Assembly (NCBI RefSeq): GCF_033153115.1
Contig: NW_026889778.1
Location: 29,698,001 to 29,762,000 of the forward strand
From: Saccostrea echinata
Lineage: Eukaryota
Direction: 5' to 3'
Length of the DNA stretch: 64,000 nt
Part shown: one piece after another, positions 63,528 through 64,000 of the stretch
Numbering within the stretch: position 1 is the first letter of the stretch
How the letters are laid out: each line of letters begins with the position of its first letter
The notes under the pieces: model-generated
Told to the model about the DNA's origin: nothing
Seen by the model: the letters and a program-made list of their open reading frames with translations, nothing else
The model's database searches: none
Translations under genes and position numbers: made by a program

Positions 63528-63897
63528 ATGAGCGCTAATCGTCTTTCGGAATTCTATGACAAGATCAGGAATGATCTGGATAGAACCGTCCAATTCTGGA
63601 GACAGCATTCAAAGGACGAGGAGTATGGGTAAGGATTCCCGCCTTACTTTGTTGTACCTAAATTATTGTTTTCGATTCCTATCTGACAGGCAATAGTTAT
63701 ATCTTGTAGAAGACGCAGAGTATAAGTCAATCAAAATTAGTGTCAGATATTGGTACATTTCAGCATACAAAACTTGTTTATTAGCTGGATTGAGATGTTT
63801 TCAACCTGTTTTCCTTTACAGGGGATTTTTCAATTGTCTAAGTAAAGAAGGGAAGGTGTATGATGATACCAAACATGTCTGGCTACAAGCAAGACAG
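63528..63897 (+). CDS. RENBP: N-acylglucosamine 2-epimerase (renin-binding protein), first two coding exons; gene continues beyond the window
   Basis: Exons 63528-63628 and 63822-63897 splice (phase 2) to [59 protein letters not shown], matching the recalled AGE/RENBP N-terminus ([42 protein letters not shown]). Not in the ORF track. Confidence 0.9.
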
Positions 63898-64000
63898 GTA
63901 TGATGTACAACTATCAATATCTAGAGATACAACTTATTTGAGTTTTGGCGCTAGACAGTAATAATGAAATAAATTTACGAATCTTTTTATAAAGTGAAAT

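Overview
AT-rich, intron-rich animal genomic DNA, not prokaryotic. The repeat landscape (Helentron/HINE-like elements, Kolobok/hAT/Tc1 MITEs, a tRNA-derived SINE, many minisatellites) suggests a bivalve mollusc, probably an oyster; this is inference. Six protein-coding genes were reconstructed by hand from splice sites and reading-frame phase: NEDD1 (minus, 12 coding exons, 656 aa); an MBD4/MeCP2-type gene head-to-head with it (plus, 8 coding exons, about 860 aa); a single-coding-exon Mab-21/cGAS-like (cGLR) gene with a degenerate catalytic site; a 2-exon uncharacterised secreted protein; a C1orf74/UPF0739 homologue converging on it; and the first two coding exons of RENBP (N-acylglucosamine 2-epimerase) at the right edge. 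Best leads: (1) an MBD4 with a MeCP2-like MBD and a TRD-like motif lies about 22 kb from RENBP, echoing the human Xq28 RENBP-MECP2 linkage; (2) a minisatellite duplicates the MBD4 splice donor just before the glycosylase exons and could give a glycosylase-less, MeCP2-like isoform; (3) a U12-type first intron in NEDD1 holds a partial duplicate of exon 2 with a U2 donor; (4) a probable pseudo-enzyme cGLR; (5) a His-motif secreted protein likely overlapped by an antisense 3' UTR. All protein identifications come from recalled motifs, not database searches.
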